From Cercozoa sp. M6MM (taxonomy: Eukaryota; Protista; Endomyxa: Ascetosporea): a stretch of 64,000 nt of DNA. The stretch lies in assembly GCA_040357565.1 (NCBI GenBank), contig JBDODJ010000038.1. One strand, written 5' to 3'. A program made the translations under genes and the position numbers. Shown here piece by piece: positions 58,525 to 64,000 of the stretch. Positions within the stretch are counted from its first letter, which is position 1, and each line of letters begins with the position of its first letter. The notes beneath the pieces were generated by a model. It saw only the letters and a list, made by a program, of their open reading frames with translations. It ran no database searches and was not told the origin of the DNA.

Positions 58525-61500
58525 ATGACAAACTTTGGTGAATCAAATAAAACTTGGCAACTGAAAACTGAAATTCGAATGAACCCGTGTTTTCTCAGTA
58601 CTCAAGCCGTGTGGCAGTCAACTCTGCTAAACATCAAAAATAAAACGCCTGTGAGAGTGGGAGAAGTCGACGCGAAAGAATCCTCGTCAAAAGAGCTTCA
58701 TGTTCCCGTGCGCGTGGCTGCAACAAAAGAAACCGTGAGTTCCTACGACCGTTTGTTCCTCAAGCGACTGGAAAAGTACCGCGCCACAGTTCATACGTCG
58801 GAGCGGTTGCGAAAACGAACTTATTCAGTGACCAAAGTTACTCTCAAGGACGTGCGACGCAAAGCGATCGAGCAAGCTTCGAGACGACAGGCACACAAAA
58901 GGTCCCGAGCTGCCGTGACTTCTCTACGAACCGAGCAGCCCTCCAGCAGCACTGGCGATCTTGTCGACGCCTCCAAGTTTGATGTCGTCGAGCGCGCCAC
59001 TCAAAACAAAGCTGTCTCTCACGCCCTCGTTAAAAAACTCTGCGAAGGTTCAGGAGCCATTCCACCGGTACCTCGAACAGCCAGCGATTTCCTAGTGTGC
59101 ACATTTAGCGACGCTTTCGCTCTAGTAGAATCCGGCAATGTCTGCAAGCAACTACCCAGCGAGAGAGAGCGCAGCTGAAGTTCTATCAACACCACGACTT
59201 GGATCCCAGGCTGGGACGAAAGAAACGGGTACCCTAGATGCACAAGAGACGGCTTGGTACACGTTTGAAGAAGCCGCGAGTTCTGCTATCAGCTACAAGC
59301 TGTCACGCCAGCTTCTCGAAAACTTCTTAAACATCATTGAAGCTACGCGATCCGCGAACACAGGTACGGTACTCCCCCAGGGTTCTTATCGTCCCTTGAT
59401 ACAAACATTGTTCTGTTTGATGGTTTTTCGATTTAGATACGCATGGGAACCGACTGAGGAAGGCTGCTTTCTCGCGATGGCTCTTCAGTAGACTACTGGA
59501 GTGGAATGGAACGGCAAAGCACCTGCCAGTCTGCGAAATAAAGGAGTGGATCGATCATGTATTCGATTTGGTCGCGCGAGGCAAGCCGTACATCGAAAGT
59601 GGCGACTACTCTTCGATGGTCCACATCCTTCTCCGTGGCACCGCAAAGCAACTGGTGCCTTGTATTCGATAATGCATGAGTACTATCTCGAGCTACCACT
59701 GTGTAGTGTTCCGTTGCGTATCGATTGTACAACTTCAGTCGCTCTCTAAAGTTCACAACGCACGATCTTTTCGGCATGTTGAAGACGCACGTGAATGAAC
59801 TCTTCTCGGATGACTTTGCCGAGCTGTCGCACTGTCTGCATCGGATGGGTGCCTTTGGATTGGACGAGCAAAGTCAAGCACGACGATTGTTGTTCTCGGG
59901 AGCTCGAAGACCGTCGACTTTACATCAGTACTATGCCCTCCTTTGACAATGGAAACAATTCAACACGCGCATTGAACAGACGAATGTCGATCATGCAGAG
60001 ACGACTGTCGCGCGTTCCTTCGACAATCACTTTAGAGTCTGACAAAACACCAGGACTCCGTAGTAGCAGACAAAACTCGACACTGTCAGTGATTCAAAGC
60101 ATCGCGTCCGATGAGACCGTGTACCTAACTTCTGCTGAGTTTGCGACAGTGTTTCTGACACGTCCGCATCGTCACTCGCAAGTCGAAGACGGGAGTTTGT
60201 CCCAAGCTGAGCCCGAGTGCATCTCGTTCTTGCGATACGCAGTAACTTCTGCACATTGTTATTGCTCTCCAATACCCCTCTCTGCTGCTGCAGCTAGATA
60301 CGTGTTTCCGAGAGCCGAGGAAGTTCGCAGAAGTCGGAATCGCAGCAGCTGTCAATCAACATGTAGTTTCCTTCGTGAAAAAACTCAAAGCGCGACGCGC
60401 GCGGTAAGTTCCTATTTCATCCCATTCATAACAGTTTATTGGTCGCATTTGAGTTTGCATGCGTCGAAATTTACTGCAGACGAAACGCGGAGCTGCTGGC
60501 GCCTGAGGACATTCTTCCTCCTTCGATGCGACGAGGGAACTCGGAAGAACCGGAAGACTTTAGAGACCTACTTTCACACATTCCAGAATCCGTGGCATCC
60601 ACTAAATCGACGGAGCCTGCTGCTGCGCAGGACACCTCAGCTCCCACGAATTCGATCCTGGCTCGAGTGCAAGGCATGAAGCAGATGTGGACAGGTCGAA
60701 CGCCGGAACCGACCTCGCGTCCGACTTCGCGTTCAATGATGCACTCGCAGCTTCGCCGTGGTTCAGTGCTTGTCACATCCGAGCTGCCACAGTTGGACAT
60801 ACCTGATGTACCTTGTTCCTCAAAAGTGTACCCGCTCACGTGACTGTTTTACTAAATAGCAAACACAAGAAGCACCAAGTACCGGCAACCTTAGCATCGA
60901 GTTGTGTCACGCACTAGACACTGTCTGGGAGCGGCACATTGGCGTATCGGACCACGCCACCATCCAAGCGTTCAGTCGTGTCATGCAAGAGTTTCTCACG
61001 TTCGACAAAAGCGAGGCTGATAAAATCGAACTCGTGTCGCAGGTGCTGTTCTACGGACTGGACCCGGTGCAAGGCAAGGTTCACTATGACAACACGTACT
61101 CCCTCTTGCACATGTGCCTGTTTGGAACTCCGGACGAACAGCTCAAGCTCATTTGGTACTGTACTCTGACCCCTTCCTTTTGCCCTCTGCCCACTGTTTC
61201 CCTCTTTTACTTAGGTGCATCCTCGACACTGACGGAGACTTCTGCTTAAATACAAGTAAGACACAATTGCTAACTGACAGTTATGCGAAGTTTCAGAAAG
61301 CAGTTACTGTGATTAAATGTAGTTGAGCTGACTAATGCTCTGGACGCGGGCTTTGCTTCGCTTGCTTTCGCTGAAAGGTACTGTCAACTGCGAAAATCTA
61401 TCTGCTGAGGTACAGTACGTGTACCGAGGAACTAAACTCTACCTCCGACCGTAGTGACTCTCTCGCGGTGTCGCTGGCAGAGGAAATTCTGTCAAGTGCT

Positions 61501-62827
61501 GCGAGTCGAGGTGATCACGCCGTCACATTCGAAATGTTCCGTCAGCACCTCCAGGTTCGTTCAATTTCGTTGATGTTTGTGTCCACTGCGTGGTGTAAGT
61601 TTACTGTATTGCCATTCCACCGGGTAGGGGAGACGTCCGCGTCTGTTTTCTTTTTTCAAGCTACCAAGAATTGCCAGCGTATCGGTTGCTAGCCACACCG
61701 GGAATCACGATCACAGTAAGGACTCTGTCTCGAGCTTGCGAGAAACAACAGCGGCTCCCAGCGAAGAGTCATACTAAAGTGTTTATTGAGCCGCTGGCAC
61801 GGAAGAAACTCGACTGCGCAAAGGATGCAGCACGACGACGTGAATTCCTGCAAAAGGTTCGGCCGGCCGGAGACAGAATGCATTTACTGATTTACCAGAC
61901 GATACTTTAGTGACGTAACCTGCATAAAGTCTGAAGCGTAGTACGCACTCGGCCAGCCACCACGTACTGCGCTGTGACGACCGGACGGCTGCGCTGCATC
62001 TGGTGAGCTCCGTGCACTAGCGTATTGCTTCGCCAGTCGAGCCTAGAGGCGAGGTGGAATTAAACAGAAAAAACAAGCGACGCGAGACGTCCAAGCTCAG
62101 ACGAGCGAGGCCGATACGAGTCGCTAGGGATTCGATTGGCGAGCAGAAGTCACGGTGTTGTTGCAGCCAGCATATAATAGATGAACAGGCGCGCGAGTGG
62201 CAAGGCGCCAACCGAGTTGAGAGAGGAGAGAGGTGTCGTCAGGGAAAGAGAGAGAGAGAGAGAGGTCAATCAGAAGATGCGCCAACAGAGGCGTCGGCAA
62301 GCACGCACGCACACCTTACAGGCAGATGCACACAAATCGCTGCCACAGCTACGTGTTATTGTTGCTGTTGCTGTTACTGTTGTTCCCTACGGTGCTATGG
62401 TACATGTCGGATGCCGCATATGCCTCCATGTAGCACTGTGTATGTCTGTGTGTCAGTGTCGCTGTGGACGTGAAAAACGTCTGTGTGTGTGAGTGTGTCA
62501 AAGGGAGAGAGAAGAATGTGATTCCGTTATCATGTCAGTGTGCTTGTGACCAGTGTCATTGATGTGTGTGTGTGTCAGCGTGTGTGCATGTGTCAGAGGT
62601 GTGAAAGAGTTATTGCTGCTGTTGCTGGCGTTGCTGATTCAGGCTTCGACTGGTGTCTAATTGTTGTGTCTGCACACTTACGGTCGTATCTTTGTCCCCT
62701 CTACCCTCGTAGCACAAGCTACCTGTGGCTGCGCATGCGCGAGAGAATTGAGCAACGTCGCATCGAGACTAAGACTGCCACTAAGACTGCCAAGCGAGGG
62801 CGACCCGAGCGACGTCAGCGAACCTAA
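58525..62827 (+). CDS. large protein with calcineurin-B/NCS-like EF-hand region(s); 3' end uncertain
   Basis: LFYGLDPVQGKVHY...LFGTPDEQLKLIW|CILDTDGDFCLN...VTFEMF, with a chain of GT-AG exons. Confidence 0.6.
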
Positions 62828-62840
62828 TGCTTTACACACT

Positions 62841-63589
62841 TTACAATATAGTTTTTGTTAAGTACTCAAGAATACGATACGCAGTGAGCCGATATTCAAG
62901 TTGCCCAGAGAGCCCAAGTTGGCACCCAACGTGCCCATCGGGAAGCCGCCTAGCGCAGCAGTCACTGCACCTTGAAAAGTGAGTAGACCAAAGAGAAGGA
63001 GGATGGGGGTGTAGGGAAGCTACCTGGTGTCGTAGGACTCGGCGTGGACACAACACTGGCCAGGATGGGTCGCTGCACAGTCGCACTGCGTGCCACTGGC
63101 ACTGATGATGGGTCCGCCGGGATCTATGTGGGCAAGCAGGTGAAAGTGCAAGCAAAGAAGATAGAAAGGGCAAAACTATACCTCATGTGCCAGTCGTAAT
63201 ACCACCGGTGTTTGCACTGGCGTGTTTGGTTGCAACTACGGGGCGTCAAAAGGACAAAGCCAGGGGAGGAATATAAAAAAGATACCGGCTGCAACACTGA
63301 AGGTAAACTGCCGTTTGGCACATTCACCGACTCCGAAGGCGCGCGTGACAGACCATTGTCGCCGAACGACTGGGGCAGCGCACTGAAATTCAGTCCGAGT
63401 GCGATCTCGTTCGACATGCCTTGCAGAAGATTGGCTCTCTACCAATACCAAGTCGTTCATATGTCAACCTCACTCTCAGATAAACACCCGACAAGTACCT
63501 GCAGAAAGGCATTCACTTGTGCACGAACACGCGAGTCGACGAACTGTTTGGCCGTCTCGGGTGGCATCACCACTGCACGGGGGAGGGGT

Positions 63590-63621
<32 letters not shown>

Positions 63622-64000
63622 GGGGGGGGGGGGAGAGGAGGAGGCATACAAGCCATGTTTTGCGTGAGTTTCTCAATCTCCACGAAGGCCGTGCTCAACT
63701 GCGAGTTGCTCTCGAGCTGAGTGGAATGAGTTCCGGCAAAGAGCAACTGCTGCGCCGCTGCATCCACGTGCCGATCCAAGTGCTGGCAGAAGTCGACGTG
63801 CGACCTGCACACATTGCACAACCTCAAGGTGCTACCCAAGAACTAATTCGGACTAAAGAAACAGCGTACTCGGTGGCGAAAGGACAGTGCGGCACGGGAC
63901 AGTTGCGTCGCGTGCTGTCGACACTCGAGACGAGCGACATCTGCGGCATGGTGGCACTCGCGTTGGCCATTGGCAGCGACATCGACAGCGCCGCCGCTAC
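62841..64000 (-). CDS. 3' part of a gene entering from beyond the window, with a putative zinc finger
   Basis: CPVPHC...FCQHLDRH and further GT-AG-bounded exons. The terminus is uncertain. Confidence 0.45.

Overview
Gene-dense, intron-rich nuclear DNA from a eukaryotic microbe. It uses the standard genetic code and short GT-AG introns, mostly about 45-130 nt. The organism has flagellar genes and aerobic mitochondria, so it is probably a SAR-type protist (inference). About 28 spliced genes can be assembled by hand, many in tight head-to-head pairs. Housekeeping genes: SmD3, TAF8, CCT1, ARF1, thiolase, COQ5, NOSIP, PDCD2, Vps55 and mitoribosomal L19 and L10. Ciliary genes: CFAP299, IFT57, CFAP20, ARL16 and a possible TMEM237. 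There are two G-alpha subunits and four signal-peptide proteins: a divergent kinase, a VanY/M15-type peptidoglycan peptidase, a histidine phosphatase and one unknown. The window opens in the 3' end of a LINE-type retrotransposon whose stem-loop plus (AACT)n tail recurs as truncated copies. The most notable signals are (1) the secreted kinase, phosphatase and bacterial-type peptidase, (2) a G-alpha with a spliced ~95-aa C-terminal extension, (3) a class of C-rich, telomere-like introns polarised to the sense strand, alongside very degenerate 5' splice sites, and (4) the LINE family. Gene models are manual, so internal exon boundaries and some termini are approximate. No tRNA, rRNA or CRISPR array was recognised.
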